Positions 1-7,887 of a stretch of 13,733 nucleotides of DNA are shown piece after piece. Origin of the DNA: an uncultured Eubacteriales bacterium (GTDB taxonomy: Bacteria; Bacillota; Clostridia; TANB77; RGIG9151); contig CAYZJZ010000021.1 in the NCBI GenBank assembly GCA_964478905.1, forward strand, positions 1 through 13,733. The letters run 5' to 3'. Every line of letters begins with the position of its first letter. The stretch's first letter is position 1. The translations under genes were made by a program, and so were the position numbers. The notes beneath the pieces were generated by a model. The model saw only the letters and a program-made list of their open reading frames with translations. It ran no database searches and was not told the DNA's origin.

Positions 1-9
1 TAATATACT

Positions 10-384
10 TTACGCCATTTCTACCATAACTTTACCGGGTTCAACAGCATCTCCTTCTTTAACTAAGATGTTTGTAACTGTACCGGCTTCCGGCGCAACA
101 ATCTCATTTTCCATTTTCATTGCCTCTAAAATTAACAATACTTCATGCTTTTCTACCTTTGCACCAATCGCAGTTTTTATCTTCCAAATGTTACCCGGCA
201 TAGGCGCAACAACCTTAATGTTTCCACTAGTCGGTGTAACCTTATTTTCTACTACCTTTTCCTCTTTAACTTCTTGAACCGGTACATTAGAAGTTTCTAC
301 CGTCTTTATATCTCCCATTTTCACATCCTCTACCTTAACATCATACACCGTACCATTCACAGTAACTTTAAGAAATTTTTCCAT
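10..384 (-). CDS. Biotin carboxyl carrier protein / biotinyl-domain subunit of a biotin-dependent acyl-CoA decarboxylase or transcarboxylase (MmdC/GcdC/1.3S-like)
   Basis: 124-aa ORF. The C-terminal ~70 aa form a biotinyl/lipoyl-type domain with the biotinyl-lysine motif EAMKMEN. A charged E/K/V-rich linker follows a short N-terminal KVTVNGTVYDVKVE segment. ATG at 384 is preceded by GAGGAAGGGTG with ~7 nt spacing. It sits next to a carboxyltransferase gene. Confidence 0.85.
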   Translation of the reverse strand: MEKFLKVTVNGTVYDVKVEDVKMGDIKTVETSNVPVQEVKEEKVVENKVTPTSGNIKVVAPMPGNIWKIKTAIGAKVEKHEVLLILEAMKMENEIVAPEAGTVTNILVKEGDAVEPGKVMVEMA

Positions 385-409
385 TTCTTTTCACCCTTCC
401 TCATTAGTA

Positions 410-589
410 TTATTTTTCAAAGGTATCTTGCCTTAAAACCGCATTCCAAATCGGAGATTCAAGTTTTCCACGTTTCATTCTGGTTACATTTAAATTACTC
501 TCTCCAGTCATCATTTCAGTAACAGCAGTAATAATGGCAACTCTTAAATTATCATCACTCACATCATTTAAAATATTTATATTATACAC
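410..589 (-). CDS. Small (59 aa) hypothetical subunit of the decarboxylase module; OadG-C-terminal/MmdE-like, with no transmembrane helix
   Basis: Hand translation of the minus strand gives VYNINILNDVSDDNLRVAIITAVTEMMTGESNLNVTRMKRGKLESPIWNAVLRQDTFEK, ending at TAA (412..410). GTG start at 589..587 lies 7 nt after a perfect AGGAGG (602..597) that overlaps the TAG stop of the upstream gene. The ORF fills the otherwise empty gap between the two decarboxylase genes. At 59 aa it probably fell below the length cut-off of the supplied track. Confidence 0.6.
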   Translation of the reverse strand: MYNINILNDVSDDNLRVAIITAVTEMMTGESNLNVTRMKRGKLESPIWNAVLRQDTFEK

Positions 590-596
590 TTAGTTT

Positions 597-602
597 CCTC
601 CT
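597..602 (-). promoter_or_regulatory. Shine-Dalgarno (AGGAGG) serving the 59-codon ORF; overlaps the TAG stop of the carboxyltransferase gene (translational coupling geometry)
   Basis: Minus strand reads TTTTT-AGGAGG-AAACTAA-GTG. This is a perfect anti-16S match with a 7 nt spacer. Confidence 0.55.
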
Positions 603-1977
603 AAAAAGGCATATTTCCATGCCTCTTATTAATCTTAATTTCACGCTTACTTATATATAACTCAAGCGCATTTATAATTCTTTTTCTCGTCTCACTCGGA
701 CTAATAACAGCATCTACAAACGCCGTCTTTTCAGCATTACTTGGTACAGCCTCATTTTCTAAGTATTCTTTTAATTTTTCCTCTCTATACCTTATTGGAT
801 CTTCCGACTCAGCAATTTCAGAATTATATATCACATTAACAGCCACCTTAGGCAATGCAACCGATATCTTAGCATTATCCCAAGCCAAAGTCACGTCAGA
901 ATCAGCCCCCATAGCAAGAGAAACTCCACCAAACACACTTCCTGTAATAACATTTATCTTAGGAACAACAGCATCAGAATAAGCAAAAATCATTCCCGCA
1001 ATCTTTTTAGAAACTCCGGCATTTTCTTCAGCTATACTTACCTTAGTTCCCTCAATATCAGTCAAAGTCACAAGAGGTATATTAAAAGCATCACAAAATC
1101 TAATAAATGAAGTTATTTTATCTATTCCAAAAGAATCCAGCAACTTTTCAGCATTAGCAATAACTCCGCAACTTCTTCCGCCAAACCTCGCAAAACCAAC
1201 AACTACGTTTTTTGCAAACCCGGCCTGTATTTCAAAGAAATTATTTTCATCACTTATAGCCAAAATAATATCTCTATTATTATAATTTTCAGAATTTAAT
1301 TCATCACACTCTCTATTTAAATCATCGCTCTCCAAAACACAAACATCTACTAAATTATTATCAGGTAAATAGCCAAAAAGCTCCTTTAACTTTCCAACAC
1401 ATTCTCCCTCATCATCAGCCAAAACGTGACACATTCCGGAGCTCTCATAATGGACATCAGCTCCTCCAAGCGCCTCCGCAGTAACCTCTTTCCCCTCAGT
1501 CGCAATCATACTTTGAGGTCCATTTAAAAACATCTTGCTCTTAGATTTAACCATTAACACAAAATCACTAAAATTAACTGCAAACGAACTAACTCCAACA
1601 GCATTCCCCAAAACGACAGCAATTTGTGGCACAACACCAGACGCTTCCGCCATTTTATTTAACATCTTTCTTATTCCCAAAAACACCTTAGAACTCTCGT
1701 CAATCTTTACCCCCATAGAATCATATATGCCAATTATAGGAATACCATTCTTAATCGCCATATCAATAACTTTGGAAATCTTTTCACAGCCTTTCTCAGT
1801 AATAGCGCCATTATCTACTGAACTATCTTGTGCAAAAACACAAACAGGACGTAAATTAATAGTCCCATAACCACTAATTACACCCTTATCGTAGTTTCCC
1901 AAAATCTCTACAAAACTCCTATCATCAAGCAAATCGCCCAATACTTTTCTCGCATTTGAAATAACTTCATTTTGCAT
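601..1977 (-). CDS. Acyl-CoA carboxyltransferase, PccB / methylmalonyl-CoA decarboxylase alpha (MmdA) family; divergent and N-terminally short
   Basis: 458-aa ORF with family hallmarks: GYGTINLRPVCVFAQD, VVPQIAVVLG, MFLNGPQ, EALGGADVH, FGYLPDNN, FIRFCDAFNIPLV, VPKINVITG, ISPSETRKRI and the C-terminal KRHGNMPF. Several canonical motifs are substituted (see findings). ATG at 1977. Confidence 0.85.
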   Translation of the reverse strand: MQNEVISNARKVLGDLLDDRSFVEILGNYDKGVISGYGTINLRPVCVFAQDSSVDNGAITEKGCEKISKVIDMAIKNGIPIIGIYDSMGVKIDESSKVFLGIRKMLNKMAEASGVVPQIAVVLGNAVGVSSFAVNFSDFVLMVKSKSKMFLNGPQSMIATEGKEVTAEALGGADVHYESSGMCHVLADDEGECVGKLKELFGYLPDNNLVDVCVLESDDLNRECDELNSENYNNRDIILAISDENNFFEIQAGFAKNVVVGFARFGGRSCGVIANAEKLLDSFGIDKITSFIRFCDAFNIPLVTLTDIEGTKVSIAEENAGVSKKIAGMIFAYSDAVVPKINVITGSVFGGVSLAMGADSDVTLAWDNAKISVALPKVAVNVIYNSEIAESEDPIRYREEKLKEYLENEAVPSNAEKTAFVDAVISPSETRKRIINALELYISKREIKINKRHGNMPF

Positions 1978-2011
1978 TCAAAAGCACTTCCCTTCCACTA
2001 CTTTTTTCTCT

Positions 2012-2500
2012 TTAGTATCCTTCTTTCCCGGATAATGACTCATCATCCAAAATCCACGAATTAACATCTATAATCCTATAATTATCCTTATCATCTCTAA
2101 TAACAACATTCTCAATTCCGGCATTAATAACCATTCTTTTACACATAGAACAACAACTCGTACCGGCAACTAATTCTCCGGTCTTATAGTCTCTACAGGC
2201 TAAATATAGCGTTGAACCTATCATATCTTTACGAGAAGCGGAAATAATAGCATTAGCCTCAGCGTGAACCGAACGGCAAAGTTCATATCTCGTTCCACGC
2301 GGAATATTTAATTCTTCTCTCACACATTTACCCAAATCACAACAATTTTTTCTACCTCTTGGAGCACCAACATACCCGGTAGATATTATTTCATCATTTT
2401 TAACAATAATCGCTCCAAAATTTCTTCTTATGCAAGTTCCTCTTTCTATAACTGTTTCCGCAATATCTAAATAATAACTATTTTTATCACGCCTATCCAT
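2012..2500 (-). CDS. comEB: dCMP (deoxycytidylate) deaminase, ComEB type
   Basis: Zinc-deaminase motifs HAEANAI and SCCSMC (C-x-x-C), plus the Cys-rich insertion NCCDLGKC typical of dCMP deaminases. The ORF track starts at GTG 2509, but AGGAG (2513..2509) would overlap that codon. ATG at 2500 has 8 nt spacing and gives MDRRDKNSYY..., 162 aa. Confidence 0.85.
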   Translation of the reverse strand: MDRRDKNSYYLDIAETVIERGTCIRRNFGAIIVKNDEIISTGYVGAPRGRKNCCDLGKCVREELNIPRGTRYELCRSVHAEANAIISASRKDMIGSTLYLACRDYKTGELVAGTSCCSMCKRMVINAGIENVVIRDDKDNYRIIDVNSWILDDESLSGKEGY

Positions 2501-2514
2501 TTTTCTCACTCCTA

Positions 2515-3108
2515 CTAGACTCCCTGATATATCCTTTTATACATAGCATAATTATTCATTACCTTTTGCTCATATTTCCTTGTTTCCTCAAACGGAATTA
2601 CATCAAGCTGCTGACCATCCTCACTATATTCCTCTTGGCTAAGCCATTTATTAACATTAGTCGGACCGGCATTATAAGCAGCAACCGCTAAACTAACCTC
2701 ACCATTAAACTTATCTAATAAATACTTAAAATACCACACACCAATCATAATATTTTTTTCAGTGTCAAACAAGTCCTCAGGAGTAAAATTTTCAATTTTC
2801 AGTTTCTCAGCCACCCACATTCCTGTATCCGGCATTATCTGCATAAGTCCGATAGCTCCTTTATTAGAAACTGCATCCTTAGTATAATTACTTTCTGAAC
2901 GAATAATAGAATAAACTAAATATTCATCAACATCATACATATCACTGTACTTTAATACAAACTCTTCATAATCAGTCGGATACCTTAATTTATAAACATC
3001 TTCAACATTAAGAAAACCTTTATAAAAAACACTTAAAATACAAAAGCATCCAATTATCAAAATCAAGTTTTTTATTCCTGTCCAAAAACTATTTTTCTTC
3101 TTTGCCAA
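2515..3108 (-). CDS. Membrane-anchored lytic transglycosylase (SLT domain, family 1)
   Basis: 197 aa. N-terminal basic stretch plus a hydrophobic helix (GIKNLILIIGCFCILSVF). SLT motifs are RSESNY (catalytic Glu), AIGLMQIMP and AAYNAGP. TTG start at 3108 has GAAAGGAAG 8 nt upstream. Confidence 0.85.
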   Translation of the reverse strand: MAKKKNSFWTGIKNLILIIGCFCILSVFYKGFLNVEDVYKLRYPTDYEEFVLKYSDMYDVDEYLVYSIIRSESNYTKDAVSNKGAIGLMQIMPDTGMWVAEKLKIENFTPEDLFDTEKNIMIGVWYFKYLLDKFNGEVSLAVAAYNAGPTNVNKWLSQEEYSEDGQQLDVIPFEETRKYEQKVMNNYAMYKRIYQGV

Positions 3109-3126
3109 GATGTTTTCTTCCTTTCA

Positions 3127-5736
3127 TTATTTCGCATCTAACCAGCTACCGCCGATATTTAAATCCACCTTTAACTTCACTTTTAGCTTTACTGCATTCT
3201 CCATAGACTCTTTTACAATCTTACTTACCTCATCTACTTCATCTTCAGCAGTTTCAACCAAAAGTTCATCGTGAACTTGTAAAATTAATTTCGACTTTTT
3301 ACCTTCAAGTTTCCTATATACCTCTACCATAGCAATTTTAATAATATCCGCAGCACTTCCCTGAATTGGCATATTCATCGCAATTCTTTCCCCAAAAGAC
3401 CTTAAATTAAAATTACTAGATTTTACTTCCGGAACATATCTTCTTCTATAAAATAAAGTCTCAACATATCCCTTTTCTTTAGCAAAATTTATACTATTTT
3501 TCATATAATCTTTAATACCTGAAAAATGCTCAAAATACATATCTATATATTCCTTAGCCTCTTTTCTTGGTATTCCTAAATCTTGTCCCAAAGTAAATTC
3601 ACTTTGCCCATATACAATTCCAAAATTTACAGCTTTAGCTCTTAATCTTAATTCAGGCGTAACATCCTCTTTTGCTATATGAAAAATCTGTGAAGCAGTA
3701 GTAGTATGAATATCCTCATCATTATTAAACGCATCTATCATAACTGCATCATTTGACATATCCGCTAAAACTCTTAATTCAATTTGTGAATAATCCGCAT
3801 CAATATATACATATCCTTCACTCGGTACAAACATTTTCCTTATCTTTTTACCTGCTTCCATCCTAACAGGAATATTTTGAAGATTAGGCTCAGTACTACT
3901 AAGTCTACCGGTAGCAGTAATCGTTTGATTAAAATTAGAATGTATTCTACCTGTTGTTGGATTTATTACTCCCTCAAGCCCATCTACATATGTGGATTTT
4001 AATTTTATATATTGTTTATACTCAAGTATCTTATCTATTATAGGATGTTTATCACGCAAGCCCTCTAATGTATCTGCATCAGTAGCATATCCGCGATGAG
4101 TCTTTTTACTCGCAGGAAGCCCTAATTTATCAAATAACAACTCACCTAATTGCTTCGGAGATTTTAAATTAACTTCTTCTCCGGCTAACTCAAAAATTTC
4201 CTTCGCAAGCGTATCTATTTTCTCTTGAAGTTCTTTCCCATAATCTAATAATAAACTTTTTTCAACCTTCATTCCGGCAACTTGCATACCGGCTAATACT
4301 TCTATTAATGGCATCTCTATTTCATAAAATAACTTCTCTTGATTATTTCTCTTTAATTCATCTAAATATCTATCTTTAAATTGCCAAATTACTTTTGCTG
4401 CTGAACATACATATTCGTTATTATCCACTTGATTTTGTGTTTCAAAAAAACTAATTTGACTACTCGTTTTATCCTTCAATGTATTTAACTCAAAACCTAT
4501 TTTTTCAAGTGCAAATTTTTCTATATCATCTATAACTTGATTAGGATTTACAACATATTGAGCTATTGCCAAATCAAATACAAGATTTTTTATTTTTATT
4601 CCTTTGCTAATCAAATTAACATATAACGGTTTCGTATTAATACCATATTTCTTTGCATCGCTTTCAAAAATAGCTTTTAATGTACTTTCATCGTTTACAT
4701 CAACACAAAATACTCCTTTATCAGAAAAAATACCAATTTGAACATTAGACCTTTCAAAAACAAAGAAAGCAAATTCAGAAAGTTCGCTGATTTTAACCGC
4801 ATCAAATACTTTCTCTCCTACAACTGCTTCAAAACATTCTTGTTCTATACCTTCACTCGGAGTAAGATTTAATTTCTTTATAAGCGAACTAAATTCTAAT
4901 TTATTAAAGATTTCATATAGTTTATCATTGTTATAATCCAAAAGCTTATAGTCTTCTGAAAATTCAAGAGGAATATCAGTATTAATAATCGCAAGAGTCC
5001 TACTTAGATATGCTAAATCCTTATTTTCCTTTAACGAAAGTTTTGACTTAGGTTTTACAACATCACTCTCTAAATTCTCATAAAGGTTGTCTATTGTTTT
5101 AAATTCTTTAATATATGAAAGCGCTGTCTTTTCGCCAATTCCCGGAACTCCCGGAATATTATCCGAAGCATCTCCCATAAGCCCTTTTACTTCAATAAGG
5201 TCGACAGGAGATAGTCCATATTTCTCATATATCTTTGAAACATCATAAATTTCCGTCTCAGTTTTTCCATTCTTTGTTACCGGCATTTTTACTAAAATTC
5301 CGTCTTCTATTAATTGAAACGAATCTCTATCTCCGGTAAATAAAATCGTCTCAATATTCTTAGCTTTTGCTTTTTTAGAAAGTGTGCCTAAAATATCGTC
5401 AGCTTCAAATCCTTCCATTTCTATTCTCGATATATTCATAGCATCTAATACTTCTTTTATTATAGGCATCTGTTCAGCCAATTCATCAGGCATACCTTTT
5501 CTTTGAGCCTTATATCCGTCATACATTTTATGACGAAAAGTAGGCGCTTTTAAATCAAACGCAACAACTAAATAATCAGGCTTATCTTCAGTTAAAATTT
5601 TAAAAAGAATTGTTATAAATCCGTAAACAGCATTAGTATGTAATCCGTCTTTAGTCATAAGCATATTTTTACCGGATAAGCCGTAAAATGCTCTATTCAT
5701 AATACTGTTTCCATCTATTACTACAAGTTTTGACAT
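3127..5736 (-). CDS. polA: DNA polymerase I (5' nuclease + vestigial 3'-5' exonuclease-like domain + family A polymerase)
   Basis: 869 aa. 5' nuclease/H3TH motifs are GDRDSFQL and GDASDNIPGVPGIGEKTA. Polymerase motif A is DYSQIELRVLA, motif B is RAKAVNFGIVYG and motif C is QVHDELLVE. ATG at 5736 follows GAGGGTGA. Confidence 0.97.
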   Translation of the reverse strand: MSKLVVIDGNSIMNRAFYGLSGKNMLMTKDGLHTNAVYGFITILFKILTEDKPDYLVVAFDLKAPTFRHKMYDGYKAQRKGMPDELAEQMPIIKEVLDAMNISRIEMEGFEADDILGTLSKKAKAKNIETILFTGDRDSFQLIEDGILVKMPVTKNGKTETEIYDVSKIYEKYGLSPVDLIEVKGLMGDASDNIPGVPGIGEKTALSYIKEFKTIDNLYENLESDVVKPKSKLSLKENKDLAYLSRTLAIINTDIPLEFSEDYKLLDYNNDKLYEIFNKLEFSSLIKKLNLTPSEGIEQECFEAVVGEKVFDAVKISELSEFAFFVFERSNVQIGIFSDKGVFCVDVNDESTLKAIFESDAKKYGINTKPLYVNLISKGIKIKNLVFDLAIAQYVVNPNQVIDDIEKFALEKIGFELNTLKDKTSSQISFFETQNQVDNNEYVCSAAKVIWQFKDRYLDELKRNNQEKLFYEIEMPLIEVLAGMQVAGMKVEKSLLLDYGKELQEKIDTLAKEIFELAGEEVNLKSPKQLGELLFDKLGLPASKKTHRGYATDADTLEGLRDKHPIIDKILEYKQYIKLKSTYVDGLEGVINPTTGRIHSNFNQTITATGRLSSTEPNLQNIPVRMEAGKKIRKMFVPSEGYVYIDADYSQIELRVLADMSNDAVMIDAFNNDEDIHTTTASQIFHIAKEDVTPELRLRAKAVNFGIVYGQSEFTLGQDLGIPRKEAKEYIDMYFEHFSGIKDYMKNSINFAKEKGYVETLFYRRRYVPEVKSSNFNLRSFGERIAMNMPIQGSAADIIKIAMVEVYRKLEGKKSKLILQVHDELLVETAEDEVDEVSKIVKESMENAVKLKVKLKVDLNIGGSWLDAK

Positions 5737-5786
5737 ATATCTTTCACCCTCTCATATAACGGTTAAGCCGCTATTTCCCCTTAAAA

Positions 5787-6896
5787 TTATTCGTGTTTTA
5801 CATGCCGAGAAATATTTAACAATATTCCTATACAAGACATAAAGATTAAAAGCGATGTTCCGCCGTAACTCATAAACGGTACAGGCATACCGGTAACCGG
5901 GAAACAACTAGTTATAATCGCAATATTTAAAATTATTTGTATAGCTATAAGCATCGTTATACCAATAGCAACAAGACCGGAAAACATATCCGGAGCTTTA
6001 GTCGCAATAACAACACCTCTCCAAATTAAAATTCCAAACAATATTATAACAAGTACCATTCCGATAAATCCAAGTTCCTCGCCTAAAATAGCCAAAATAA
6101 AATCATTATGTGCATCCGGCAAGTAAGTATACTTTTGTCGGCTTTGCCCAAGTCCAAGTCCAAACATTCCTCCGCTACCTAACGCATATAAAGACTGAAT
6201 AACTTGCCAACCGCCGTTTTGAGGATCAGACCAAGGATCTAAAAAGCTCACTATACGCTCCAACCTATAATCAGCAATAAATATACCTGCAATACCAACA
6301 GGCAAAATTGCAAGAGCTAAATAAACAAAGTGTGAAATTTTAGCTCCACCAGCAAATAAAATTATAACCGAAATTATTCCGATAATTCCAATCGCACTAT
6401 AATGTGGTTCTAAATATAAAAGACCTGCAACAATTCCTATTATTATAAAATACGGTACAAGTCCTTTCCAAAACTTCTTTATTCCTTCCGGATTCATAGA
6501 AATTCTTGCGCTTAAAAATATAATAATAGCAAGTTTAGCAACTTCAGACGGTTGAAGGTTAAAGCCTACATATATCCATCTTTTAGCTCCTCTAATTTCT
6601 CCTGAACCAATTCCCGGCACTAAAACCAAGCAAAGTAGCCCTATTGCAGCTAAAAATATTAATCCTGAAAAATTCTTATAAACCTTATAATTTACTCTTG
6701 ATAAAACAAGCATTACCACAATTCCTAAAACTCCAAACAGAAATTGTCTTACAAAAAAGTAATAGGGATTATTATCATATTCAAGAACACCAAGATGTGA
6801 ACTTGCGCTAAGTACCATAAGTAAACCTAGTCCGTATAAAATTATAACCACAGTAAATAATGTATAATCAAAAGGTTTTAACTTAGACTTCATCAT
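5787..6896 (-). CDS. ftsW: SEDS-family peptidoglycan glycosyltransferase, FtsW/SpoVE type
   Basis: 369-aa polytopic membrane protein with LQPSEVAKLA, YLPDAHNDFILA and MSYGGTSLL. It sits in the dcw block after mraY. Two adjacent ATGs (6896, 6893); AGGGGAG spacing favours the second (7 nt against 4 nt). Confidence 0.9.
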   Translation of the reverse strand: MMKSKLKPFDYTLFTVVIILYGLGLLMVLSASSHLGVLEYDNNPYYFFVRQFLFGVLGIVVMLVLSRVNYKVYKNFSGLIFLAAIGLLCLVLVPGIGSGEIRGAKRWIYVGFNLQPSEVAKLAIIIFLSARISMNPEGIKKFWKGLVPYFIIIGIVAGLLYLEPHYSAIGIIGIISVIILFAGGAKISHFVYLALAILPVGIAGIFIADYRLERIVSFLDPWSDPQNGGWQVIQSLYALGSGGMFGLGLGQSRQKYTYLPDAHNDFILAILGEELGFIGMVLVIILFGILIWRGVVIATKAPDMFSGLVAIGITMLIAIQIILNIAIITSCFPVTGMPVPFMSYGGTSLLIFMSCIGILLNISRHVKHE

Positions 6897-6916
6897 AACA
6901 CTCCCCTATTAATATT

Positions 6917-7885
6917 TTATAGTAATATAAACGTAATTGCACAAAAAATAATCGTACATATCCAAAAATGCCAAACTATCTTCTTTTCACTCCAACCACT
7001 AAGTTCTAAATGATGATGAAGCGGTGCCATTTTAAAAATTCTCTTTCCACCGGACAACTTAAAATACACAACTTGAATAATATCAGATAAAGCTTCTATA
7101 ACACATACACCTGCAACAAAAATAAGCAATATAGGCATTTGTAAAACAAGAGAAATCGTTCCGATTGCTCCACCTAACGCAAGAGACCCGGTATCTCCCA
7201 TAAAAACTTTAGCAGGATTTATGTTATAAACTAAAAATCCCAAACAAGCGCCTGTCATAATCGCAGAAAAAATCATAACCGGATTATTTCCAAGGGAAAT
7301 TGCAAGTATCGTAAAGAAAGTCATAATTACAACAACTATACCTGTCGCAAGCCCATCTAATCCATCAGTTATATTTACAACATTTGTAGTGGATAAAAGT
7401 ACCAAAATAGCAAACGGCACAAATAAATAATACCCTAAATCGTAAAATTGTCTTATAAACGGTATATATGTAGTTGTACCTAAATTAAGAACTTCCAACA
7501 CACAATATGTAACAACACCTGATGCTATTAAAAGCAGTAAAATCTTCTGCCAAGCATATAATCCAAGTGAGCGTTTATTTCTTATTTTTAAGTAATCATC
7601 AATAAAGCCAATAAATCCGAAAATCAAAGTAGAACCAATTAAGATTAACAAAGTCTGTCTGCTTGTCGGATACTTAATCATAGCCATAGCTCCGATAAAA
7701 CACATCGCAGATAAGAAAATTAATCCACCCATACTAGGAGTCCCCTCTTTTTTCAAATGAGATTCAGGACCATCATCTCTAATATGTTGACTCACTCCAA
7801 GTTTTTTTAATATAGGCATTACTAAAAGACCGGCTATAAGTGATGCTACAAAAGATATTACCAAAAGTCCTACTTGTAATTTCAC
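6917..7885 (-). CDS. mraY: Phospho-N-acetylmuramoyl-pentapeptide transferase
   Basis: 322 aa with IDDYLK, NVVNITDGLDGLA, GDTGSLALGG and APLHHHLE. GTG start lies 2 nt after the murE stop. Confidence 0.97.
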   Translation of the reverse strand: MKLQVGLLVISFVASLIAGLLVMPILKKLGVSQHIRDDGPESHLKKEGTPSMGGLIFLSAMCFIGAMAMIKYPTSRQTLLILIGSTLIFGFIGFIDDYLKIRNKRSLGLYAWQKILLLLIASGVVTYCVLEVLNLGTTTYIPFIRQFYDLGYYLFVPFAILVLLSTTNVVNITDGLDGLATGIVVVIMTFFTILAISLGNNPVMIFSAIMTGACLGFLVYNINPAKVFMGDTGSLALGGAIGTISLVLQMPILLIFVAGVCVIEALSDIIQVVYFKLSGGKRIFKMAPLHHHLELSGWSEKKIVWHFWICTIIFCAITFILL

Positions 7886-7887
7886 AA

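Noticed and set aside
68-522. Plus-strand ORFs 68..277 (69 aa) and 145..522 (125 aa), antisense to the biotin-carrier gene and the small ORF
   Set aside because: Their F/L/I/Y/N/S-rich translations are typical of the antisense frame of AT-rich genes. They have no Shine-Dalgarno and no recognisable motifs, and they fully overlap well-supported minus-strand genes.
1535-1870. Plus-strand 111-aa ORF inside the carboxyltransferase gene
   Set aside because: It is a shadow ORF opposite a motif-rich coding frame, with no SD and a low-complexity translation.
2012-3108. dCMP deaminase plus lytic transglycosylase as a possible anti-phage nucleotide-depletion, phage-lysis or competence island
   Set aside because: The deaminase is a compact 162-aa housekeeping ComEB-type enzyme with no fused kinase or sensor domain. 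The SLT protein has a simple membrane anchor. No comEA/comEC, holin, integrase, portal or other mobile/defence genes flank them, and GC content and strand match the surrounding core genes.
5756-5774. Stem-loop between ftsW and polA as an intrinsic terminator
   Set aside because: It has only a 7-bp stem with one G.U pair and is followed by AUGAGAGGGUG (the polA SD), not a U-tract. It is kept only as a note under the dcw-truncation finding.
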